A stretch of DNA of 64,000 nt from NCBI GenBank assembly GCA_051744345.1, contig JBNJCW010000003.1:196-64195 (forward strand). The letters run 5' to 3'. This document shows, piece after piece, positions 57,370-64,000 of this stretch. The notes below the pieces were generated by a model that saw nothing but the letters and a program-made list of their open reading frames with translations, did no database searches and had not been told where the DNA came from. Position 1 is the stretch's first letter. Every line of letters begins with the position of its first letter. The DNA comes from Actinomycetota bacterium. Lineage in GTDB: Bacteria > Actinomycetota > Humimicrobiia > Humimicrobiales > Humimicrobiaceae. The position numbers were made by a program, and so were the translations under genes.

Positions 57370-58072
57370 AATAGCCATACTGATACCCGCCTACAATGAA
57401 GAAAAATACATTGCCGAGGTTATCAAAAACTGCACAAAATTCTGTATGGATATAATCATTGTAAACGATGGGTCGGCCGATAGGACAGCCAGCATCATAA
57501 GGTCATTACCCCAGCCGGTAAGCTGCCGGATTATACTTATCGAGCATCCCAGAAACTGCGGCAAGGGCAAATCCCTGGTAACCGGGTTTAATTATATTGT
57601 TTCAGAAAATTACAAAGGGGTAATCACCATGGATGCAGACGGCCAGCATGACATAAATGAAATCCCCCATTTTATGGAGAAATTGGAGAATGAAAATCCG
57701 GACATTATAGTGGGCAACCGCCTGGACGATACGAAAGGTATGCCATTTATCAGGTTGGCAACCAATCTGTTTACTTCCTGGCTGATCTCGGTTATTGCCG
57801 GCAAGAAAATAAAAGATGTACAATCCGGATACCGTTATATAAATATGAAGGTGTTAAAGAATATTAAAATTGAAACCACAAATTTTGATACGGAACCGGA
57901 GATTTTGCTAAAAGCAGCCTGGCTAAACTACAATATAAGCAATATTCCCATAAGCACCATCTATCACAAAGACTTTGTAAGCCATGTTAACCCGGTTACT
58001 GATACAATAAAGTTTTTCAAACTTATTTTCAGGAGCCTGAGACAAAAGAGAAAGGTTTCATGCGCAAAATAG
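57353..58072 (+). CDS. Family 2 glycosyltransferase (DPM1/GtrB-like)
   Basis: 239 aa. Features are ILIPAYNEE, the DxD region and MDADGQHD. Confidence 0.8.
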   Translation: MARENKIAILIPAYNEEKYIAEVIKNCTKFCMDIIIVNDGSADRTASIIRSLPQPVSCRIILIEHPRNCGKGKSLVTGFNYIVSENYKGVITMDADGQHDINEIPHFMEKLENENPDIIVGNRLDDTKGMPFIRLATNLFTSWLISVIAGKKIKDVQSGYRYINMKVLKNIKIETTNFDTEPEILLKAAWLNYNISNIPISTIYHKDFVSHVNPVTDTIKFFKLIFRSLRQKRKVSCAK

Positions 58073-58507
58073 AAATAACCTGGGCCATACTATCCCGCAG
58101 CATCAACAAATACCTCAAACCCATAAGCCCTTTTTTACTTTCTATAAAAATACCTAAACCATAATTTTATCCAAGAGCTGAAATTTTATGGCTTTTTAAA
58201 AAAACAGCCTCAAGCAGCCCGGGCGGCTGTTGCCCTTATAACCAATGCACTGTTTAGGTTAAACGCCTATTGCTAATTGAATTACGCTAATTTAATTGAA
58301 CTAAGCTTGAAAGGAAAGGGCAGATGCAGATTATACATTAAATAAACCAGTATTTCTTATTCTCGCAAGCCTTGAATTAATTTTTGGCAGATTGTTCTAA
58401 CCCAAATTGCTATTGTAGAATGCATTATATATTGACAATTTAGCACAAGGTTAAGCTGGTTCCAATTTTATTTTAAATCTGTATAAAAAACAGGAGGTAA
58501 AAAAATC

Positions 58508-58903
58508 ATGAAATATGTAAAAAACATACAGTCTGTTGCCCCAGACCTTGACCCAAGATCCTTAAGAGACAGGGTTAAAAACAGGGATAAAGCTGTACTC
58601 CGGGATACCTATTACCTAATTAATCCCGATGATGAAGGCTGCAAGTCAAGAAGGCTAACCCTTGGCCATACCACTATCTACCCAACCGGGACCACTACAG
58701 GGCATAGCCATGAAGATATGGAAGAAGTCTATTATGTGGTTTTGGGCAGTGGAACCATGGTAGTAGGTGAAGATGAATACGAAGTAGAGCAGGGCGATGC
58801 ATTATACGTTCCTCCTGGTGTTTTCCATACCACCAAACAGGCAGGCAACCTTCCCCTTATAGTTGTATGGGTGACCTGCAAAATTGAACCTTCAGAAAGA
58901 TAA
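58508..58903 (+). CDS. Cupin domain protein
   Basis: 131 aa with the G(X)5HxH(X)n E cupin motifs GHSHEDMEE...G...LYVPPGVFH. Confidence 0.6.
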   Translation: MKYVKNIQSVAPDLDPRSLRDRVKNRDKAVLRDTYYLINPDDEGCKSRRLTLGHTTIYPTGTTTGHSHEDMEEVYYVVLGSGTMVVGEDEYEVEQGDALYVPPGVFHTTKQAGNLPLIVVWVTCKIEPSER

Positions 58904-58933
58904 AAGATTATTTTATTAAAAATACTAACAGGG

Positions 58934-59364
58934 ATTGTAAGATATGATCAGAAGTCCGATGCTAATTGGGGCAAATGGGTAGAAGCAGAAAGTAAAGATA
59001 AAATAGAAGTCTACAATCCGGCACTAGGAGAAGTGTTTGCCCAAGTTCCCAAAGCCCACACAGAAGATGTAGAAAAGGCCATAGATGCCGCTGATTCTGC
59101 TTTTAAAGAATGGTCGTCATTGTCTCCATTTTCCAGAGGCAGATATTTAAGGAAAGCCAGCTCTATAGCAGTCGAAAGGAAAGAAGAGATAGCCAAACTT
59201 ATGACCCAGGAATAGAAAAACCTTTTAAGGAAGCTCTCGGGGAGCTAGAAAAGGGGGTTCTGCCTGACCTTTCCCATAAAGAAATCTATACAGAGCTTTA
59301 TGAGGTATATAAATGCCTCTACCCTACCCTCAAGCCTACGTTTTGCAGGCTTTCGGAGATATGA
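58934..59364 (+). pseudogene. Aldehyde dehydrogenase remnant: N-terminal region only, frameshifted and truncated
   Basis: The ALDH-like N-terminus (...ANWGKWVEAESKDKIEVYNPALGEVFAQVPKAHTEDVEKAIDAADSAFKEWSSLSPFSRGRYLRKASSIAVERKEEIAKLMTQE) is split over two frames. An in-frame TAG falls in the ATG-containing frame, and the segment continues as ...IEKPFKEALGELEKGV in a third frame. No downstream catalytic domain follows. Confidence 0.6.
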
Positions 59365-59405
59365 GCTAAGGCCGCCGGAACATCCTTTCTGGCGGCTTCC
59401 ATAAT

Positions 59406-59927
59406 CTATCTGAATATAAAATACACTTCATAAATAATTCCAAAAACAAAAAGGAAGCATATCAGAGCCACGACACTGCCAATGATCATGCGTTTTCTGT
59501 GCTTGTTTTTTACAAAATACTCTCCAAGGCTTAGGGCTAAAACCCGGTAAAGAGCTTCAACTGATACCAGGATATAAACATCTAATGGAATGCTTCTGCC
59601 ATGGCGTATAATGCCTGTAAACAGGAATACCGCCAGGAAAAAACCAGTAATAAAACCTACCGGAATTGCCGCTTTCAGCCAGCCTAAACCAAAATAACCA
59701 AAAGTAGAAACCAGGTTCCCGAAGAAAACCACCAGTAAAATATAGGACATGCTCATCCCGGTTTCATATTCATGAATACCAAAAAAGGTTTGAAGGATTT
59801 TAAATCTTTCTATAAGTGTAACAGACTGCTCCCTGAATATATAAAAAAAACCGTAACCTGCAACTGCTCCCACAGCAGCAGCAGCCAAAACCAGCCCAAA
59901 TATCTTATGATACTCCTTCATTATCAT
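59406..59927 (-). CDS. Polytopic membrane protein (possibly SpoIIM/DUF95-like)
   Basis: 173 aa with 4-5 TM helices. It overlaps the 3' end of the HD-GYP gene by 4 nt. Confidence 0.4.
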   Translation of the reverse strand: MIMKEYHKIFGLVLAAAAVGAVAGYGFFYIFREQSVTLIERFKILQTFFGIHEYETGMSMSYILLVVFFGNLVSTFGYFGLGWLKAAIPVGFITGFFLAVFLFTGIIRHGRSIPLDVYILVSVEALYRVLALSLGEYFVKNKHRKRMIIGSVVALICFLFVFGIIYEVYFIFR

Positions 59928-61165
59928 AACCTGCTTTCAAGTATTTTAACCATGGCGTCAGTAACCTCTGCATCAAACTGAGTCCCCGCATTTTTTTTAA
60001 GCTCGCAGATGGCCTCCTCTTCAGTTAAAGCCCTGGTATAGGGCCTGTTTGTGGTCATCGCATCATATGAATCCGCAACACAGAGTATTTTAGCAAACAG
60101 CGGTATCTTATCCCCTTTTATCCCTCTGGGATATCCGCTCCCATCAATTTTTTCATGATGGTAAAGTATAGCTGTAGCAGCATCTTTTAAGAATGTTATC
60201 TCTTTTACTATCTCATAGCCAATTTCAGGATGTTTCTTAACTTCTATCCAATCCTTATCACTCAATGAACCAGGCTTATTAAGTACGGAAAGATCTACCT
60301 GAATCTTCCCGATATCATGCAAATTAGCCAGGTTTTTAATAATTTCTATATCATATTCATTTAACTTCAGCTCCCTTGCTATTTCTTCACTGTACTGGGC
60401 TACCCTTATGGAATGGCCGGCTGTATAGACATCCTTTGCCTCCATTATCTTTACAATCTGTAGAATACTGCTTAGTAAAGCCTTTCTTTCCTTAATCCTC
60501 AACAGGTAAGTATACTGGGCTATTATCAGGGGCAGGGAAGTAAAAATAAGGGTAAAAGGCCCATAGGTGCTGTACAAAAAAGAAATAGCTATAGCCATTA
60601 GGGTTAAAAATACATGAAATGGAATAAGCCAGGCAAAATTAAAAATCCATACATTGAAAAATCCGACAGACTCACTTAATGAGATTGCCCCCGTAGTTAG
60701 TATGGTATTAAAGAAGAAGAATACAAATGCACATAAAAAAATTGTTCCGATATTTGTAACAGATAAAAAGTTATTACTGTCTCTAGTAAAAAGCCTTTCA
60801 AAAATTATGCTGGAAAGTCCTATAGAAACCAGGTATTGCCCGGCATTGAAAAGATGTTTGTAGTAGGGGACTTTTTTTAAACAATCTTTAATATTGAAAA
60901 TAGATATTAAAGTAACTACAGCTGCAGTAGCTGGACCATAGATTATAAGGCTGGCCAGTGTTATTCCGAAATTAACTGATACGCTGCCAGTTTTTGGGAG
61001 TGGTGATGAAAGGTTGTCGGATGCAAAAACCAAAAACCCAAACAAAACCACTCCCAACCAGGAAACATTGCCATATTCATACAGGATATATCCCAACAAA
61101 AATATACCTATGAGAAATACGGCATACACATAAAACTGTAACGCCAGTTTCTTAGTATCGCTCAC
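59924..61165 (-). CDS. 7TM-receptor-linked HD-GYP phosphodiesterase (7TMR-HD type)
   Basis: 413 aa. An N-terminal polytopic domain of about 230 aa is followed by HD and HHEKIDGSGYPRG (HD-GYP) motifs. The TGGTATAAT-type -10 at about 61189-61197 is an extended -10. Confidence 0.8.
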   Translation of the reverse strand: MSDTKKLALQFYVYAVFLIGIFLLGYILYEYGNVSWLGVVLFGFLVFASDNLSSPLPKTGSVSVNFGITLASLIIYGPATAAVVTLISIFNIKDCLKKVPYYKHLFNAGQYLVSIGLSSIIFERLFTRDSNNFLSVTNIGTIFLCAFVFFFFNTILTTGAISLSESVGFFNVWIFNFAWLIPFHVFLTLMAIAISFLYSTYGPFTLIFTSLPLIIAQYTYLLRIKERKALLSSILQIVKIMEAKDVYTAGHSIRVAQYSEEIARELKLNEYDIEIIKNLANLHDIGKIQVDLSVLNKPGSLSDKDWIEVKKHPEIGYEIVKEITFLKDAATAILYHHEKIDGSGYPRGIKGDKIPLFAKILCVADSYDAMTTNRPYTRALTEEEAICELKKNAGTQFDAEVTDAMVKILESRL

Positions 61166-61228
61166 TAGTTTCCCTTTTTGATAAATATAAAAAATTATAC
61201 CAAAACAAGGCGATTTAATATAATTTTT

Positions 61229-61300
61229 CTACCACCTTACTGTTGAGCAAATACCTATAAGAGAACCAAGTGCTATCAGTATTCTCATTAACTTCCTCAT
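61229..61300 (-). CDS. Small hydrophobic peptide ORF (23 aa, MRKLMRILIALGSLIGICSTVRW), copy 1 of 3
   Basis: GGAGGTGA lies 6 nt upstream of the ATG, and a CATAAT -10-like element lies upstream. Copy 1 encodes the same peptide as copies 2 and 3 despite 4 nt differences, all synonymous third-position changes. Confidence 0.55.
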   Translation of the reverse strand: MRKLMRILIALGSLIGICSTVRW

Positions 61301-61341
61301 AACTTTTCACCTCCATTCTTCCTGTATTATGCATACCTTTT

Positions 61342-61413
61342 CTACCACCTTACTGTTGAGCAAATGCCAATAAGTGAGCCAAGTGCTATCAGTATTCTCA
61401 TTAACTTCCTCAT
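61342..61413 (-). CDS. Small hydrophobic peptide ORF, copy 2 of 3
   Basis: Identical peptide, with its own GGAGGTGA ribosome-binding site and CATAAT element inside the 113 bp repeat unit. Confidence 0.55.
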   Translation of the reverse strand: MRKLMRILIALGSLIGICSTVRW

Positions 61414-61454
61414 AACTTTTCACCTCCATTCTTCCTGTATTATGCATACCTTTT

Positions 61455-61526
61455 CTACCACCTTACTGTTGAGCAAATGCCAATAAGTGAGCCAAGTGCT
61501 ATCAGTATTCTCATTAACTTCCTCAT
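61455..61526 (-). CDS. Small hydrophobic peptide ORF, copy 3 of 3 (promoter-proximal)
   Basis: Identical to copy 2, with a GGAGGTGA ribosome-binding site. Its upstream region is unique rather than repeat-derived. Confidence 0.55.
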   Translation of the reverse strand: MRKLMRILIALGSLIGICSTVRW

Positions 61527-61726
61527 AACTTTTCACCTCCCCTGATAGCTAAATTTACAATTGTTCACCTTGATACCAGGCTTTTAAAATCTCAACATAT
61601 TCCACAAGATTCTCATAAAACACCAAAACCAATATGGTAATTATTAAAAATACTATTATGACTATTGACATTTTTTCCCAAATGCTAAGCCTTCTTTTTT
61701 TTGGTTCTTTCTCATACATTTTGCTT

Positions 61727-62119
61727 TCATACTGTATTTTTGGTTCTTTTTTCTATGAATTCCTGCAAACTGTTCTGGGGTATCCTCCAGGAACTCCTAC
61801 CCTCCCTTATCTTAAAACCCTTAAGCTCCCCCGTTTTAAGTAAGTTCCATATATTATCAACAGATAACTTGAGTATTTTTGCTACCTGCTCAGCGGTATA
61901 TAATACTGGTGCTTTTTCCTGTGCTGCTTGGGATAATTCTTGCTGGCCAACAAAACCATTAAGAAATTCTTCCAAGGCATCTTCGCTAATCCTTATTGCT
62001 TTACCCAGCCTTATTGCTGATAATTTTTTTAGCATAACCATCCTTATGATCTCCGATTCACTTATACCAACCAGTTCCGAAACTTCTTTGATGGTGTAAA
62101 GTTTTTTTTCATTTTCCAT
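61727..62119 (-). CDS. DNA-binding protein with two tandem excisionase/MerR-like (HTH_17-type) helix-turn-helix domains
   Basis: 130 aa. The two repeats are YTIKEVSELVGISESEIIRMV...IRLGKAIRI and YTAEQVAKILKLSVDNIWNLLKTGELKGFKIREGRSSWRI. Its start abuts the stop of the ATPase gene. Confidence 0.6.
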   Translation of the reverse strand: MENEKKLYTIKEVSELVGISESEIIRMVMLKKLSAIRLGKAIRISEDALEEFLNGFVGQQELSQAAQEKAPVLYTAEQVAKILKLSVDNIWNLLKTGELKGFKIREGRSSWRIPQNSLQEFIEKRTKNTV

Positions 62120-62120
62120 A

Positions 62121-63149
62121 TTAAATAGTCATTTCTCTTATAGCGGATATCTCTGCCTGCATATCCAGAAAACCAAAAAGGCCGTCTTTTCTCTCTATAA
62201 AAGATATCTCTCCCAAAACAGGAACATCCAGAGCATCCCTTAAGCCCTGTGTCCGGTTATTTTTCTTGCCAACCTTATTTATAACTGCAAACTTTTTCTG
62301 GGTTTCTGAAAGGAATTTATTAAATTTGTTTATCCTTTGAACAGCTGCTTTTTCTTCAGTCAATAATAGAATGGATTTAGTGGAAAGGTTCAAAGCCTCT
62401 AATACATGGTTATCATACCGATTTGGCAGATCACAGATAATATAGCCGTATTTCTTTCTTGCTGAATAAATAACTTCATAGAGCATGTTTAAGTCAAAAT
62501 TGTCACTTTGTTCAATGCTTAGAGGCGGCTGAAGTATATCTATATTAATTTTATTTAAGCTAATTATTGATTCCCACAGAGAAGCTGGGCTGTCTTCTAC
62601 AGCTTCTATAAAAACACTTAAATTGGGGACCATGGGTATATTAAGCCTGCTGGCAAGGTCTCCCTGCCCTTCACAGAAATTCAAATCAATTAAAAGTACT
62701 TCTACATTTTTCATCTTGCCTATCAGATATGCTATATTGAAAGCTATACTGGTTTTCCCAACTCCCCCTTGAACAGAATAGATAGATGTTACCTGCTGAT
62801 TTACTACCTTATATTTTTCTTTTTCATCTTCGAGGTTATCGATTAAATCAAGCACCCGTGCTAATTCATCCGGGTTACCAATTTCGTTTACCTGTATTCC
62901 GGCAGCATTGTTTTTGTTTCTTCCTGAAATTATTAATTCACTGGTAGTATTAGCCTGTATAAAATGCCTTACTTCCCTATAATTAGGTACATTCTCTTCT
63001 AGTATTATATAATCTGGCATATACTCCTGTATTATTGGTTCTATATTATTCATTCCAGTTATAAAAATCATATTAAAATTTTTAAGGCTTATATTTCTAC
63101 CTGTCTCAGTTATTTCCTTATTTTCTGTGATTATTATTATGAATTTCAA
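62121..63149 (-). CDS. ParA/MinD-superfamily ATPase with an N-terminal receiver-like domain of about 110 aa (CpaE/TadZ-like)
   Basis: 342 aa. SVQGGVGKTSIAFN is the deviant Walker A. The N-terminal region is receiver-like but has no obvious phospho-acceptor context. Confidence 0.6.
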   Translation of the reverse strand: MKFIIIITENKEITETGRNISLKNFNMIFITGMNNIEPIIQEYMPDYIILEENVPNYREVRHFIQANTTSELIISGRNKNNAAGIQVNEIGNPDELARVLDLIDNLEDEKEKYKVVNQQVTSIYSVQGGVGKTSIAFNIAYLIGKMKNVEVLLIDLNFCEGQGDLASRLNIPMVPNLSVFIEAVEDSPASLWESIISLNKINIDILQPPLSIEQSDNFDLNMLYEVIYSARKKYGYIICDLPNRYDNHVLEALNLSTKSILLLTEEKAAVQRINKFNKFLSETQKKFAVINKVGKKNNRTQGLRDALDVPVLGEISFIERKDGLFGFLDMQAEISAIREMTI

Positions 63150-63380
63150 TATTTTATGTTTTATTATAGTATTTTATCATTCTTTACTTTTTAATACTTG
63201 TAGAATAATTATATTACTTTGGTTAATATAATACATACACAGTTTTAATTTGTCAATTTGGTACTTTATGGCATATAAATATTTATTATTGGTTATAGCC
63301 TTATGTTTAACCATTAATAATGCTAAATAGTTAATAAAGGCTATAATATCTTATTAAGATGGTTATGAAGGTTTTTTTGA

Positions 63381-63650
63381 CTAATTACTTAGTAGTTTTC
63401 TTTTAATATTAACTGTAGAGGGATATTTTATTGATATTTTCTTGTATCTGGACTTTTTACCAGACACTATAGCAATATTGCTTTTGGGTATTTTCAATTT
63501 GTCTGATATAAGCCTAACGAGATCTTTGTTGGCCTCCCCTTTTTGTGGCGGCGAGGCTACCCTTACCTTGATATAATCCCCATGTAATCCATCAATATTG
63601 TTAACAGATGAACCAGGTTTAACTAAGAAATTAATAATTTCACTGTTCAT
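63381..63650 (-). CDS. DUF167 (YggU-like) protein
   Basis: The conserved core is ...FLVKPGSSVNNIDGLHGDYIKVRVASPPQKGEANKDLVRLISDKLKIPKSNIAIVSGKKSRYKKI. The start was taken at the internal Met at 63650 rather than the tracked 63695. Confidence 0.6.
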   Translation of the reverse strand: MNSEIINFLVKPGSSVNNIDGLHGDYIKVRVASPPQKGEANKDLVRLISDKLKIPKSNIAIVSGKKSRYKKISIKYPSTVNIKRKLLSN

Positions 63651-63996
63651 CAGTTTTAAAAAAATCGTCAATAATATCCGGATTAGCGATGTCAATATTC
63701 TTTCTCTTCCTGTCCATAGTGAAATCTTTTTCTTCTTTTTCCTCTTCTATTTCTTCTTTCTCTTCTTCTGTTTCCGGCTCTTTTGCTTCTTCTGTTTCCT
63801 CCGGCTCTTTTGCTTCCAATTCTTCTGAAGATTCCTGCCTGCCTTGTTCTGGTTCTTCAGCTTCCGGATTACTTTCTTCCTGCCCAGACTCCTCTGTCAT
63901 TTGCACTGATTCTTCTGGTTCAGCCTTTACGCCTTCTGATATTTCAAATCCTTCCATATTCTTTAAAGACTCTTCCAGATATTGTTTAAGTCCCAT
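63640..63996 (-). CDS. Hypothetical highly acidic (Glu-rich) protein
   Basis: 118 aa ORF ending ...NIDIANPDIIDDFFKTDEQ. It is low-complexity E/K-rich with no recognisable domain, and its ATG at 63996 lies near the window end. Confidence 0.3.
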   Translation of the reverse strand: MGLKQYLEESLKNMEGFEISEGVKAEPEESVQMTEESGQEESNPEAEEPEQGRQESSEELEAKEPEETEEAKEPETEEEKEEIEEEKEEKDFTMDRKRKNIDIANPDIIDDFFKTDEQ

Positions 63997-64000
63997 ATAT

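Larger units (their letters stand above)
61225..61540. repeat. 113 bp direct tandem repeat, about 2.8 copies
   Basis: Units start at 61225, 61338 and 61451. Copies 2 and 3 are identical over about 90 bp. Copy 1 differs at 4 positions within the peptide ORF. Copy 3 diverges after ...CACCTCC. Confidence 0.9.

Noticed and set aside
61229-61300. Lipoprotein signal peptide (lipobox) interpretation of MRKLMRILIALGSLIGIC|STVRW.
   Set aside because: The residues before Cys (I-G-I-C) do not fit the L-[AS]-[GA]-C lipobox, and the would-be mature peptide would be only 5 residues. A transmembrane or toxin-like peptide is more parsimonious, though a pheromone-like processing route is not excluded.
61225-61540. 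CRISPR array or other non-coding tandem repeat.
   Set aside because: The period is 113 bp with no repeat-spacer alternation. Each unit contains a ribosome-binding site, an ATG and a 23-codon ORF whose inter-copy differences are exclusively synonymous, so it is coding.
61727-63149. Calling the ParA-like ATPase and HTH pair a plasmid, ICE or prophage remnant (mobile_element).
   Set aside because: There is no integrase, relaxase, transposase, phage structural gene or flanking direct repeats in the window. Only a compositional shift and a truncated neighbouring gene support foreign origin, so it is reported as a finding rather than a mobile-element feature.

Overview
This 64 kb window looks like the chromosome of an anaerobic bacterium. 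It has bacillithiol bshCBA genes, two DegV genes, an ilv-leu-ser operon and a V-type H+-pyrophosphatase. GC is about 45-50% in core genes and is clearly lower at both ends of the window.

Main contents, in order:
- 1-4.1 kb: a low-GC type I restriction-modification locus on the minus strand (hsdM, fic, and hsdS running off the window start).
- 4.7-6.6 kb: a radical-SAM/SPASM-like gene whose TAA stop is followed, in the same frame, by a Cys-rich ORF with an MTHFR_C-like motif.
- 6.6-8.4 kb: a P-II-like protein with two DUF1538 membrane proteins.
- 8.6-10.7 kb: V-type H+-pyrophosphatase (hppA).
- 10.9-12 kb: an HtrA-like protease.
- 12.6-24.4 kb: one long minus-strand operon, ilvD-ilvB-ilvN-(class V aminotransferase)-serA-leuA-leuC-leuD-cimA.
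- 24.8-26.3 kb: a secreted trypsin-like protease with a C-terminal cytoplasmic zinc ribbon.
- 26.4-30.9 kb: bshC-bshB-bshA followed by a translationally coupled DUF4432-like gene.
- 31-32.4 kb: an IscU-like domain fused to a CxxC-type (Fe-S) MnmA.
- 32.4-33.9 kb: cysK and a hemerythrin-like protein.
- 34.1-36.6 kb: a split NHEJ LigD (phosphoesterase, ligase, polymerase as three coupled ORFs), with no Ku in view.
- 36.7-43.2 kb: a small ORF, then housekeeping and hypothetical genes through an ATP-grasp protein (41926-43161).
- 43.2-44.4 kb: a sigma70-like promoter, a roughly 200 nt structured leader ending in a terminator, then ilvE.
- 44.4-50.4 kb: two overlapping UvrD-type helicase-nucleases, each with a 4-Cys nuclease domain (AddAB/AdnAB-like).
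- 50.6-51.9 kb: a DUF2284-like gene, tRNA-Gly(CCC) and an Asp23-like membrane protein.
- 52-58.9 kb: dagK, an orphan LivK-type binding protein, a purine nucleoside phosphorylase, two tandem degV genes, 5-formyl-THF cyclo-ligase, a GT2 glycosyltransferase and a cupin.
- 58.9-59.4 kb: a frameshifted, truncated aldehyde dehydrogenase remnant.
- 59.4-63.1 kb: a lower-GC minus-strand cassette. Reading 5'->3' on the minus strand it runs: CpaE/ParA-like ATPase with a receiver-like N-terminus, a tandem-HTH protein, the repeat array, a 7TM HD-GYP phosphodiesterase, and a small membrane protein.
- 63.4-64.0 kb: a DUF167 (YggU-like) gene and an acidic Glu-rich ORF.

The most unusual signal is the repeat array in that cassette. 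It is three tandem 113 bp repeats, and each copy carries a GGAGGTGA ribosome-binding site and a 23-codon hydrophobic ORF (MRKLMRILIALGSLIGICSTVRW). The only four differences between copies inside the ORF are synonymous third-position changes. No CRISPR, rRNA, transposase or integrase was seen.
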